Translations under genes and position numbers: made by a program
Shown: piece after piece, positions 37,858-47,699 of the stretch
Position numbering within the stretch: position 1 is the first letter of the stretch
How the letters are laid out: every line of letters begins with the position of its first letter
Notes under the pieces: generated by a model
Told to the model about the DNA's origin: nothing
What the model saw: the letters and a program-made list of their open reading frames with translations, nothing else
Database searches by the model: none
Assembly: GCA_003022365.1 (NCBI GenBank)
Contig: PXOU01000018.1
Coordinates: 11,900 to 75,899, forward strand
Length of the DNA: 64,000 bases
From: Candidatus Saccharibacteria bacterium QS_5_54_17
GTDB taxonomy: Bacteria > Patescibacteriota > Saccharimonadia > QS-5-54-17
Direction of reading: 5' to 3'

Positions 37858-38490
37858 ATGGCGGGAACCAAAAAGAACATTATCATAGGTGTGCTGGTGT
37901 TTTTGGTAGTAGTGCTGGGCTCGTTATCGGGCTGGGCGCTGCATCAATACCAGCAGGAGCGGACGGCCGTGCAACAGCGGATCGATGAGGAAGTCCAGAA
38001 GGCGCGGCAAGAACAGCGGCGAGCCGACGAAGCCCGGTTCGAACAGGAACGCAAAACACCCTATAAGGTGTATACGGCGCCGTCCGTTTACGGGTCTATC
38101 GCCATTTCCTACCCCAAGTCGTGGAGCGTCTACGTGGAAGACGACACCAGCGGCAACACCAACATAGATTTGTTTATACACCCGGACATTATCCGCCGGC
38201 AGGGTGGGCGTGACCGCCCGTTAGCTTTCCGCATGCAACTGGAAAATGGTCTGTTCGCTGATGTCACCGATGAGTACCGCAACGACGTGGAAAACGGTGA
38301 TTTAAAAGCCAGTGATGTCACCATTTCCGGCATAAAAGGGGTTCGATATGAAGGAAATATCCAAGATGACCACCAAGGCAGCCTGGTAGCCTTACCTTAT
38401 CGGGATCGGACCATATTGATGTGGATGGAAAGCCGGGATTTCTCCGAGGAGTTTAATACCATTCTGGAGCGGGTCGACATCACCCCCTAA
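37858..38490 (+). CDS. Hypothetical membrane-anchored protein (possible PsbP-like extracellular domain)
   Basis: N-terminal TM, coiled coil, 'ISYPKSWSV'. Confidence 0.65.
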   Translation: MAGTKKNIIIGVLVFLVVVLGSLSGWALHQYQQERTAVQQRIDEEVQKARQEQRRADEARFEQERKTPYKVYTAPSVYGSIAISYPKSWSVYVEDDTSGNTNIDLFIHPDIIRRQGGRDRPLAFRMQLENGLFADVTDEYRNDVENGDLKASDVTISGIKGVRYEGNIQDDHQGSLVALPYRDRTILMWMESRDFSEEFNTILERVDITP

Positions 38491-38582
38491 AAGCTCTGCT
38501 GTTTGCGAATACCCCAGGGGAGTCTCATCGAAGCGGCGAGCGCGCGCCGCGTTGGAGGCGGGTTTACTGCTACAATGCCGGT

Positions 38583-39287
38583 ATGGGCAATCGGAATAGG
38601 CGAGGTGAGTTGGAGCTGATCGCGGCCGCCGCGCATGAGCTAAAAACCCCGTTGACGATCGTCCACGGGGTGAGCGCCATGCTAGCATCTGAGGCGTTTG
38701 GCGCCCTCAACGACCGGCAACAGGAGCAGATCGAGCATATCCGCCGGGCTGGCAACCGGATGAACGCCCTGGTGGAGAGTCTGTTGCATGTGGAGAACTT
38801 GCCCTATACCCAGGACATCCGACCGGTCCAGCTCCATAGCGAGTTGCAGGCGGTGATCGATGAGTTGAGCTCAACCGCCCAACAGCGAGATGTGTCCGTT
38901 CGCTGGCAGACGCGGCGGACGTTACCCCCTGTGCTGATCGACGCAAGCAGCAGCTATCAGCTCCTGAGCCACGCCCTGGCGGCGGTGATCAAACAGGTAC
39001 CCTCCGGCTCAGAGGTAGTGGTGCGAACCCGCCGCCGTGGTGATATGGTGGTCGTGCGCATCGACGCCCCCGGGGAGCCGATTACGCCCAAAGAGCTGAA
39101 CCGTATTGAGCACACCGTCGGCAAACAGATGCAACCGGTCGGGGCTTATGGATCAACGGGACTGAGTTGGTATATCGTCAAATCGATCATCAGCTTTTAT
39201 GAAGGGAAGCTGGGGGTGTCGCCACGGTCGGATTACACGGTCATATCGCTGCGGATCCCGATAAGTAATCAATTAAGCCTGTTTTGA
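38583..39287 (+). CDS. Cytoplasmic histidine kinase-like protein (HisKA + degenerate HATPase)
   Basis: H-box 'AHELKTPL'; N/G boxes degenerate ('LLSHAL', 'GSTGLSWYI'). Confidence 0.8.
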   Translation: MGNRNRRGELELIAAAAHELKTPLTIVHGVSAMLASEAFGALNDRQQEQIEHIRRAGNRMNALVESLLHVENLPYTQDIRPVQLHSELQAVIDELSSTAQQRDVSVRWQTRRTLPPVLIDASSSYQLLSHALAAVIKQVPSGSEVVVRTRRRGDMVVVRIDAPGEPITPKELNRIEHTVGKQMQPVGAYGSTGLSWYIVKSIISFYEGKLGVSPRSDYTVISLRIPISNQLSLF

Positions 39288-39289
39288 CG

Positions 39290-39600
39290 AAATAGGCGGC
39301 AGACAGGAAGAAGAAGCAAGGAGTAAGAAGTAGGGAGTAAGTGAGAAAATGCGAAGCCTCTTTGCCATTCCGAGCCCCCTCTGTCATTCCGAACTTGGTT
39401 CGGAATCGGCTGATACTGAAACAGATCCTGAAATAAATTCAGGATGACAAGGGAGGAGGATCCTGAAACAAGTTCAGGATGACAGTTCGGACCCACCTCT
39501 GAACCTGAAACGGATCCTGAAATTCAGGATGACACTCCTCTTTGTCATTCCGGCCCCCGTCCGCACTGAGCCATGTCGAAGTGAGCCCCGAATCCAGGGG
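39290..39600. repeat. Repeat mosaic R14
   Basis: Shared heptamer and palindrome modules. Confidence 0.88.
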
Positions 39601-39682
39601 TAGGTGGCATAGGCAGGCTGGGTTTGTGTACAATAATGACTACCTTGAATGTAGCTTAGATATAAAAGATGAGGATACTCCG

Positions 39683-40051
39683 GTGAAAGTACTACTGGTG
39701 GAAGACGACGTCGATGTCAGTCTGATGTACGGGTCGCAACTGGAATTGGACCAACATGGGGTTACCTACGCCCGAACCGCTCAAGAAGCTCTGGACCTCA
39801 TGGAAGAGGCGGGCTTTGACGTGGTGGTGCTGGACATTCTGCTGCCGGGCAGTAACGGCATCGCGGTGTTGCAGGAATTGCAGGGATACGAAGATTGGCG
39901 CGGGACCCCGGTCGTGGTCTTGAGCAATCTGGACATCAAGGACTTGGGAGTAAGCGAGAACCACCTCCACGACTTGGGGGTGAAACAGTATTTGGTCAAA
40001 ATGCGAACCACGCCCGGCGATCTATCCTCAGCGGTAACATCGGCCGTTTAA
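39683..40051 (+). CDS. Stand-alone response regulator receiver
   Basis: 'KVLLVEDD', 'VVLDILLPGSNG', 'VVLSN', 'YLVK'. Confidence 0.85.
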   Translation: MKVLLVEDDVDVSLMYGSQLELDQHGVTYARTAQEALDLMEEAGFDVVVLDILLPGSNGIAVLQELQGYEDWRGTPVVVLSNLDIKDLGVSENHLHDLGVKQYLVKMRTTPGDLSSAVTSAV

Positions 40052-40070
40052 CGGGTATTATCAGGCGAAC

Positions 40071-40778
40071 ATGGCGACTTACAAAACGACCGGCATTATC
40101 CTGCGGCGCCACAACTACGGCGAGGCCGACCGCATATACACCATTCTGACTCCGGACGGCAAAATATCGGCCATTGCCAAAAGTGTGCGCCGGATCCGAG
40201 CCAAATTAGCCAGCCATTTGGAGGTGTTTACGACCATCGATTTGATGCTGGCTGAGGGTAAAAATTTGGATGTCATTACCGGTGCCCGCATCCGTGACCA
40301 GTACCCGCTTTCGGCGGATTACCAGCGGTTGCGGACCGGGTTTTTGTTCCTGGAAATGGCGGATAAACTGAGCCAGCAACAAGAAACGGGGGAAATATAT
40401 GCCTGTCTCCGGGAAGGGCTGGACGCCTTAGCCATCCATCCGCCACCGGCCGTGGAGCTGGCCTTCAAGTTGCGACTTTTGTATGCGCTGGGCCAGCAAC
40501 CGGATGTGGAAGTGAGCTGTGATAGCCGTAAACCGTTGCAGCCGGGTGCGACCTATTATTTCGATGTCACCCAGGGCGGGGTGGTGGAAGGTGCCATCCG
40601 GGACGGGGCTGCCCTTTCACCGGCGGCCGTTAAGCTGTGGCGGGTGTGTCTGCGAAGTAGCATCCACCAATCGGCCGGAATCACCGGTGCCCAAGCAGCA
40701 GCCGAGGAGAGCCTCCGGATCTGCGACCAATTTTACGACTATATGTACGGCATTCACTGCTATGCTTCGGACATATAA
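40071..40778 (+). CDS. recO: DNA repair protein RecO
   Basis: 'GIILRRHNYGEADRI', 'GKISAIAKSVRR..KLASHLE'; upstream of glyQS. Confidence 0.92.
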   Translation: MATYKTTGIILRRHNYGEADRIYTILTPDGKISAIAKSVRRIRAKLASHLEVFTTIDLMLAEGKNLDVITGARIRDQYPLSADYQRLRTGFLFLEMADKLSQQQETGEIYACLREGLDALAIHPPPAVELAFKLRLLYALGQQPDVEVSCDSRKPLQPGATYYFDVTQGGVVEGAIRDGAALSPAAVKLWRVCLRSSIHQSAGITGAQAAAEESLRICDQFYDYMYGIHCYASDI

Positions 40779-40893
40779 TCTGATAAATAGAACCGGTAAA
40801 TAAACCGGTAATAATTACCGGTTTAGTTCGTTGCAGGGGAACGACTAGACATGGTGATGCCGGTATGGTATATACATACAAATCAAGGATAAT

Positions 40894-41178
40894 ATGAAAA
40901 GGAATTTCCTGATGTATAATAGTAAGTTTAACCAAGTAACCGGACATAACCCGGGCACGGAAACGGGCGGCCAGGCAGCCACCAAGAACACGGAAGATGA
41001 TGTTGAAAAGGTGGTCCGGTTGGGTGATGTACAAAGTTCGGAGCAGGATAAAACCCGATTTGAAGAACCCCGATTTTTAGGGGAAGTGGCCGTTGCCGCT
41101 GCCCACCAAGAAACATCCGCCATAGTGGGTAGGTACGCGGACAAGTATGAAACAGCGGTAAGCGGTTCGGGGGACTAA
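40894..41178 (+). CDS. Small hypothetical protein
   Basis: 94-aa ORF filling the recO-glyQS gap; no recognisable motif. Confidence 0.4.
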   Translation: MKRNFLMYNSKFNQVTGHNPGTETGGQAATKNTEDDVEKVVRLGDVQSSEQDKTRFEEPRFLGEVAVAAAHQETSAIVGRYADKYETAVSGSGD

Positions 41179-41264
41179 CCCGCCTGGCTCATTGCCCGGA
41201 TTGGGCGGGGTAATTCACGCTGGCAACTTTATATCTACCCCTCTCATCAGCTATACTAACCCGC

Positions 41265-42638
41265 ATGAGTCAAAACAACCCCGATTTGGAAACATTGGTC
41301 AGCTTGGCCAAGCGGCGCGGCTTTATCTACCAGGGCAGCGGTATCTACGGCGGTCTGGCCGGTACCTGGGATTACGGACCTATGGGAGTGGAGCTGAAGC
41401 GGAATCTTCGTGACTTATGGTGGCGAATGTTCATGAGGGAACGTGATGATGTCTATGGCCTGGACACGGCCATTCTTATGAACCAGAAGGTATGGCAGGC
41501 CAGCGGGCATACCGGAGCCGGGTTTGCCGACCCCATGGTGGAAGACGTGGTGACCGGTGAACGCTACCGGGCCGATCACTTACTCGAGGAACATGGCGTG
41601 GAAAACGGGGAATCGCTGTCGCTTGCCGAGATCGATCAGATTATCAGCCAACGCGGGATTCTTAGTCCCAGTGGCAATTCGCTCAGCCAGTCCCGGGAAT
41701 ACAACATGATGTTCGAAACCTACGCCGGAGCCGTCCAGGATGAGACAAGCAAAACCTATCTCCGTCCCGAAACCGCCCAGGGTATGTTCGTCAATTTCCG
41801 GAATGTGGTGGATAGCTTGTACCCGGACTTGCCGTTCGGATTGGCACAAACGGGCCGGTGTTTCCGGAACGAGATCAGCCCGCGCGAGTTTTTGTTCCGG
41901 GTGCGCGAATTCGAGATCATGGAGCTGGAGTATTTCATAGAGCAACACGACTGGCAAAAGGTGTTCGAGGATTGGCGCCAGCAGTTTTACCGCTGGTGTG
42001 AAGCCGCCGGGCTGGACACCGAAAAGGTGCACGAACTGGACGTACCACAGGAGGAACGGGCCCATTATTCGGACAAAACGGTTGACTTCGAGTATGAATT
42101 CTCGTTCGGCACCAAGGAGATCGCGGCCGTAGCCTACCGGACGGACTTTGATCTGGGCAACCATACCGAGGAGTCCGGGGTCAGCCTCCAATACCCCAAA
42201 AAGGATCGCCAGGAACGCATCATCCCTCACGTTATCGAACCCACCTGGGGGTTAGACCGTAACCTATTGGCGGTGCTCTCCGAAGCCTATAGGGAGGAAG
42301 ATGTCGAGGGTGAAACCCGGGTGGTATTGGGGTTACCGTTTCGTCTGGCACCGGTGAAAGTAGCCGTCTTCCCGCTCTTGCAGAATAAACCCGAATTAGT
42401 CGAAAAAGCCCGTCAGGTATACCAGCAGCTGAAAAAAGAGTTCCCTGAGGTGATGTGGGACGGCAGCGGCAACGTCGGCAAACGCTACCGCCGTCAGGAC
42501 GAGATCGGCACTCCATACTGCGTGACGGTCGATTTCGATTCGCTGGAGGACGAATCGGTTACCGTCCGCGATCGTGACACCATGGAGCAGGAGCGGGTGA
42601 CTATCCAAGCTTTAAACAACTATATTGCTTCCCAGTAG
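41265..42638 (+). CDS. glyQS: Glycine--tRNA ligase (homodimeric type)
   Basis: 'KRRGFIY..IYGG...WDYGP', 'YLRPETAQG', 'FRNEISP', 'PHVIEP', 'GKRYRRQDEIGTP'. Confidence 0.96.
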   Translation: MSQNNPDLETLVSLAKRRGFIYQGSGIYGGLAGTWDYGPMGVELKRNLRDLWWRMFMRERDDVYGLDTAILMNQKVWQASGHTGAGFADPMVEDVVTGERYRADHLLEEHGVENGESLSLAEIDQIISQRGILSPSGNSLSQSREYNMMFETYAGAVQDETSKTYLRPETAQGMFVNFRNVVDSLYPDLPFGLAQTGRCFRNEISPREFLFRVREFEIMELEYFIEQHDWQKVFEDWRQQFYRWCEAAGLDTEKVHELDVPQEERAHYSDKTVDFEYEFSFGTKEIAAVAYRTDFDLGNHTEESGVSLQYPKKDRQERIIPHVIEPTWGLDRNLLAVLSEAYREEDVEGETRVVLGLPFRLAPVKVAVFPLLQNKPELVEKARQVYQQLKKEFPEVMWDGSGNVGKRYRRQDEIGTPYCVTVDFDSLEDESVTVRDRDTMEQERVTIQALNNYIASQ

Positions 42639-42853
42639 TAGAGGAGTGGGGTTTAAAACGTGGCCGGATGTAATTACTCCCCAAGCCGATAGGCAAAAGA
42701 AGCCGGGACAGCCAAGATACTCGCCGGCCGCTGGGTCGTATTGGGTGGGTACGGCGGAAAGATCGACCCACTGCCTATGTGGCTGACCCTCCTTGCAAAA
42801 ACGGTAAAGTATGCCATAAAATGCCGACGTCATAACACACGGAGCCAATACTC

Positions 42854-45058
42854 ATGAGTAACAACCCGGAAGCCCCACCAGGACAGACAACCCCACCGGG
42901 ACTACTTCCCGAGACTTATCAGGACTTACAAAAGTCAGGTGAAGTGGAGTGGGCTGTCCAACGAGAATCCGAGAAAGTCCCCAACGATCCCCACCAACGA
43001 GTAGCCACCTATCTGGGCTCACTAGTGGGCCGGCACGGTTTGCTGGGTGGATCGGAAGAGCGCCGCCAGTCCCAAGTCGCCCATCACGTCATGGACCCCG
43101 AAGACATTCCCGAAAGTTATTTCGAGCGGCAACGGGAAATCGCCCGCCAGCAGGGACACGGCGACATAGAGATTAACAATGAGATGCGCCGGCAGCACAC
43201 CGAAGCCCTCATCGCCGACCAAACGGCCAGCCTCAATGCCTGGGCTGAATACCTCAACGACCCCGATGCCGACTACCCAGCCTGGTTCCGCTACTACACC
43301 ATGCGCAACGTCCTTAAATTGGCTGATTACGACAAGGAAAAGGGGAGGTTCAGGAAACGCAGCAACAAAACCACCGCACCCTACCCGGAACTCAACCGCG
43401 AAGCCCTGGCCTACGTCTACGAGCGGCTCAACCGAAGGCTAAAGGGTGAGGAACAGAACGATGAACAACTCCAAGAACTCGTCCAACAAGCCAACTTCAA
43501 CAAACTCTACTCCCATGCCCTGGCCGAGTGCGTCCCCTCAGATCAGGAACAACTGCAAAGCACAGCCGGGGAATGGACCACCTATCAGCAGCTCGACCCT
43601 GAAGAAAACACAGAACGGGCTCGTCAACTGGCCCAGTCATTGCAAGGGTATGGCACCGGCTGGTGTACCGCCGGCGAAAGTACGGCCGAGCGGCACCTAA
43701 GACAAGGCGACTTCCATGTTTACTACTCCTATGACGAGGACGGGCAAGCGACCGTCCCCCGCGTGGCAGTGCGGATGGAGAACGGCCAGGTGGCCGAAGT
43801 CCGGGGTATCGCGCCCGACCAGAACCTGGAGCCGGCCATCACCGACATCGCTATGGAACGCCTCCAGGAACTACCCGGTGGCGAGGAATACCTCCAAGCC
43901 GCTGAGGGCATGAACCGGGTCACCGACATCGAAGCCCGGGCCCGCCAGGGACAGGAACTGACCGCCCGGGATATCTACTTCCTACGTGAGTACGGCGGCC
44001 AAATCCAAAATTTCGGCTACGGTAGAGACCCCCGAATAGATGAACTACTCCAAGACCGGGATCCGGAAGCGGACATGGACAGAATGATGGAAGAATTCGA
44101 CCACCCTCAACTAGCCCGGGATATGCTCAAATCCGGTGAAAGCGGGCGAAGCGATCTTGCCGACAACTTGGACAAGTTCCCACCCGAGGCCGTCGACCAG
44201 GTTCAACTGGCCCGGGAGCTTAGGGACAGTGGGCGCCCGGGAGATATGGAAATTCTCGCCCAAAACCTGGACAAGTTCCAACCTGATGCTCTCGACCACG
44301 CTGAATTTGCTCGAGATCTAATGAACGGGGGCTTGGAGTATATCCTCGCCGCCAACCTGGATAAGTTCCCAGAAGGCGCTGTCGATCATGCCAAATTTGC
44401 TCGGGATCTGATGGAGAGGAATAAGGAAATCCTCGCCAACAACCTGGATAAGTTCCCAGAAGGCGCTGTCGATCATGCCCAACTGGCCCGTCGTCTGGTG
44501 GACGGGGGCAGGGGGCATATTGTCGCCCAAAACCTGGATAAGTTCCCAGAAGGCGCTGTCGATCATGCCAAATTTGCTCGGGATCTGCTCGAATCCGGTC
44601 TATCCGGCCAAAAAATCCTCGCCCAAAACCTAAACAAATTCCGACTCGAGGCCGTCGACCAGGCCCAACTAGCATGCCGTCTGATGAACAATGGCGGGGT
44701 GGCCATCCTCGTCGACAACCTGCACAAGTTCCAACCCGAGTCCGTCAATTATACCGAATTGGCTCAATATCTGATGAACAATGGCGTGTATGGTATAGAA
44801 ACTCTCACTGACAACTTGGACAAGTTCCCATATGGTGCTGTCGACCACGCTGAATTGGTTCGCCGTATGATGAATAATGGCTCGAACGCTATCCTCGCCT
44901 GCAACCTGGACAAGTTCCAACCCGAGGCTGTTAACCAGCTCCAACTGGCCCGCAATCTGCTCGAATCCGGTGAAGAAGGCCGACACATCCTCGCCGACAA
45001 CCTACACAAGTTTCAGGAGCTACCCGATGATGTCCGGGAAAAATTGCCGGCAATATAG
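42854..45058 (+). CDS. Hypothetical protein with a 'GTGWCTAG' domain and ~10 C-terminal helical repeats
   Basis: 734-aa ORF; repeat consensus LAxNLDKFPxxAVDHAxLARxLMxxG. Confidence 0.8.
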   Translation: MSNNPEAPPGQTTPPGLLPETYQDLQKSGEVEWAVQRESEKVPNDPHQRVATYLGSLVGRHGLLGGSEERRQSQVAHHVMDPEDIPESYFERQREIARQQGHGDIEINNEMRRQHTEALIADQTASLNAWAEYLNDPDADYPAWFRYYTMRNVLKLADYDKEKGRFRKRSNKTTAPYPELNREALAYVYERLNRRLKGEEQNDEQLQELVQQANFNKLYSHALAECVPSDQEQLQSTAGEWTTYQQLDPEENTERARQLAQSLQGYGTGWCTAGESTAERHLRQGDFHVYYSYDEDGQATVPRVAVRMENGQVAEVRGIAPDQNLEPAITDIAMERLQELPGGEEYLQAAEGMNRVTDIEARARQGQELTARDIYFLREYGGQIQNFGYGRDPRIDELLQDRDPEADMDRMMEEFDHPQLARDMLKSGESGRSDLADNLDKFPPEAVDQVQLARELRDSGRPGDMEILAQNLDKFQPDALDHAEFARDLMNGGLEYILAANLDKFPEGAVDHAKFARDLMERNKEILANNLDKFPEGAVDHAQLARRLVDGGRGHIVAQNLDKFPEGAVDHAKFARDLLESGLSGQKILAQNLNKFRLEAVDQAQLACRLMNNGGVAILVDNLHKFQPESVNYTELAQYLMNNGVYGIETLTDNLDKFPYGAVDHAELVRRMMNNGSNAILACNLDKFQPEAVNQLQLARNLLESGEEGRHILADNLHKFQELPDDVREKLPAI

Positions 45059-45250
45059 TTTCCCGGGTGCGGTAACCTCCAGGGGTGAATAACCCCGGAT
45101 ATCCGCTTTCTGGACGGCCTGGCTGGAAAAGGTAAGACGGCGGCAAGCGCTATAAACTGCCCGACACTTGGTTGTGACGTGGAAGGTGTAATATCGGAAT
45201 ATTTTGCGTTGTAGACAGTTTATTGTACAATAGGGAAAAGGAGAAACCCC

Positions 45251-46108
45251 ATGCATTCCGAGCAGAGAGGCGAAGGGGGAGCAGCAGATAATTATTCCGA
45301 TATGGCATCGACTGCCGAATACGCACCTGACTCGGCCGTTTTTTTCGAGCGCATTGCCGATCAGTCCTGGATGAGTGGGGAGGTTACCGAGAAATCCACG
45401 GCCCGCTTGAAGAGTGAACTCGACCAACAAGCCCGCCCGGCATTGGATGAATGGAGCTGGTTGTGGACACACCATTTGTTGCAATTGACCGATTATATGC
45501 GGCAGGCGGCTCGTCAAGAACCGAATATCGAAAACCTGGGAGTGTCAGATCCGGATACCCACCCGGAGATGCATCAGGAAATATCGGAAACCTCGCATAT
45601 GCCGGAAGGTATGAACGTCGATCATGAGTTGTTGCAACAGATTTTTGCAGTGGTGAGCGGGCACGTAATGGGGGAAGCGGCCCATTCACCCCGGACCACT
45701 GAGCCTGAGCAAGTGAGGGATAGGTGGTCGGAGGTGATGGGCGTTAACGGGGATAACCAAGCACCAAATCAAGCACATGCGAGCTCAGATCAGCTGGATA
45801 TGTACGCCCATCTTGAGACCACCTTCGATTCCATGCAGGTGATGCTGAATGCCCGGAACTTGATTATTGATCGGATCAGCGACATGAAAGCCCAGCTGGA
45901 CATGCAACCCGTCCAACAGGCCCGGCGGGACGAACTGTTCGACAAGGCGGAACGTCTGGCCCGGCACATCACCACGTCGTCAGAAGGTGAATCGCCTGCC
46001 AACGATGTCGACGAGACGTTTGTTGCCATCGCCCGGGACACCATCCGGCTTATACACGACAACAGTGTGGCGCGCCAGCACCGGCTCCGGCAAACCAACC
46101 CTGCCTGA
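45251..46108 (+). CDS. Hypothetical acidic helical protein
   Basis: 285-aa ORF with SD AAGGAG and upstream TACAAT. Confidence 0.65.
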   Translation: MHSEQRGEGGAADNYSDMASTAEYAPDSAVFFERIADQSWMSGEVTEKSTARLKSELDQQARPALDEWSWLWTHHLLQLTDYMRQAARQEPNIENLGVSDPDTHPEMHQEISETSHMPEGMNVDHELLQQIFAVVSGHVMGEAAHSPRTTEPEQVRDRWSEVMGVNGDNQAPNQAHASSDQLDMYAHLETTFDSMQVMLNARNLIIDRISDMKAQLDMQPVQQARRDELFDKAERLARHITTSSEGESPANDVDETFVAIARDTIRLIHDNSVARQHRLRQTNPA

Positions 46109-46545
46109 GGAACAAGAAGCAAGCAGTAAGAAGCAAGAAGTAAGGAGCAAGCGGGGGTCAGTAGACAGGAGACGGTAGACAGTAGACAGGGAACAAAAAA
46201 CAAGAAGCAGGAAGTAAGGAGGAAGAAGTAAGTAGGAAATGCAAAGCCTCTTTGTCATTCCGGCCCCCGCCCGCACTGAGCAAGGTCGAAGTGAGCCCCG
46301 AATCCATGAAGCCGATATGGTTTAGAAACTGATCCTGAAACAAGTTCAGGATGACAAGAGAGGAAGATCCTGAAATAAATTCAGGATGACAATTTAGGGG
46401 TGACACTCCTCTCCGTCATTCCGAACTTGGTTCGGAATCGTTTCTACAACTGATCCTGAAACCGATCCTGAAATAAATTCAGAGCCTGTCCTGAACTTGT
46501 TTCAGGAATGACATCTTCAGAGCCTGTTGTTTCTCACCCCCTGTC
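46108..46545. repeat. Repeat mosaic R15
   Basis: Long heptamer tract from the stop codon; palindrome modules. Confidence 0.9.
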
Positions 46546-46554
46546 GGACGAGGA

Positions 46555-47685
46555 TTACTGGGGCGAAATACGCAGAATCCGGTCGTCGTTTTCTCCCGGG
46601 TCGCCGCGGCCGTCGCCATTGTTAGTTAATAGGTAGAGCTCCTCATCTGGGCCTTGGTGAACCGTGCGCAATCTGCCGTGGGTGTTGTGGAGTAAGCGCT
46701 CCAGCCGGCCTGAGGCGGGGTCATACCGCCAAAGACTTTGGCTCCGGAGGCCGGCGAAAAGCAATCTATCCTGCCACCTGGTGGGCAGCGCCTCACCGGT
46801 GTAGAATGCCGCTCCCGACGGCGCCCAGGTAATGTTGCCGCTGCTCTTGATGGGATCCTGATAATTTTCTACCGGCGCTCGCCCTGGCGAGTTATCAGCA
46901 TTACCCTCCACCTCCGGCCAACCATAATTGGCGCTCGGCTTGATGAGATTGATTTCGTCACGGGCTTTTGATCCGTGCTCGGTGGCGTACAGTTGACCGT
47001 CACCGTCCCAGGCCAATCCTTGGACGTTCCGGTGGCCGTGGGAATATACATAGGAATTGGGGTCCGGGTTGTCGACCGGGATACTGCCATCGGGAGTTAT
47101 GCGGAGGATTTTACCGGCCCGTGACTCCATGTCTTGCGCCGACGCCGGTGTCCGGGCGTCGCCGGTGCCCGCGTACAACATACCGTTGGGGCCGAACTCG
47201 ATCCGTCCGCCATTGTGGAAGGCAGCGCCGGGAATATTGTCGACCAGGATTTTCTCTTCCACCAGTTCATCGCCATTAAACCGGAACCGGGAGACGCGGT
47301 TGGTCTGCTCAGCACCCGTGTAGTAGATATATACGTATTGGTTGCTGGCGAAATCAGGGTCGAGTGCCAACCCCATCGTGCCGCCTTCGCTTTCGGCCCG
47401 GGGTAATTCCAGAATGGCCGGCTCCTGGAGTTCGCCGCCGCGGATGCGCTTTACCGTGCCGGGACGTTGGGTAAAAAATATGTCGCCGTCCTGGGTAAAG
47501 TCCAGGTCCCACGGGACGTTCAGATTGCTGGCCACGGTTTCGATGGTGACTCCCGCAGCGTCGCCGCGCTCGACCTGGCTGCCGGGCGGTTCCGCTATGG
47601 GAGCCGCCGGCAACCGGGTATAAACCAGCCACCCGACCCCGGCGACAAGGATGATAACTCCACTGATTATGAGCTTTCGGCGCAT
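46555..47685 (-). CDS. PQQ-dependent sugar dehydrogenase (GSDH/YliI-like beta-propeller)
   Basis: 'PWDLDF', 'HNGGRIEFGPNGMLY..TGD', 'GHRNVQGLAW', 'NYGWP', 'GRLR'; N-terminal anchor. Confidence 0.88.
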   Translation of the reverse strand: MRRKLIISGVIILVAGVGWLVYTRLPAAPIAEPPGSQVERGDAAGVTIETVASNLNVPWDLDFTQDGDIFFTQRPGTVKRIRGGELQEPAILELPRAESEGGTMGLALDPDFASNQYVYIYYTGAEQTNRVSRFRFNGDELVEEKILVDNIPGAAFHNGGRIEFGPNGMLYAGTGDARTPASAQDMESRAGKILRITPDGSIPVDNPDPNSYVYSHGHRNVQGLAWDGDGQLYATEHGSKARDEINLIKPSANYGWPEVEGNADNSPGRAPVENYQDPIKSSGNITWAPSGAAFYTGEALPTRWQDRLLFAGLRSQSLWRYDPASGRLERLLHNTHGRLRTVHQGPDEELYLLTNNGDGRGDPGENDDRILRISPQ

Positions 47686-47699
47686 ACGAACGATTATAG

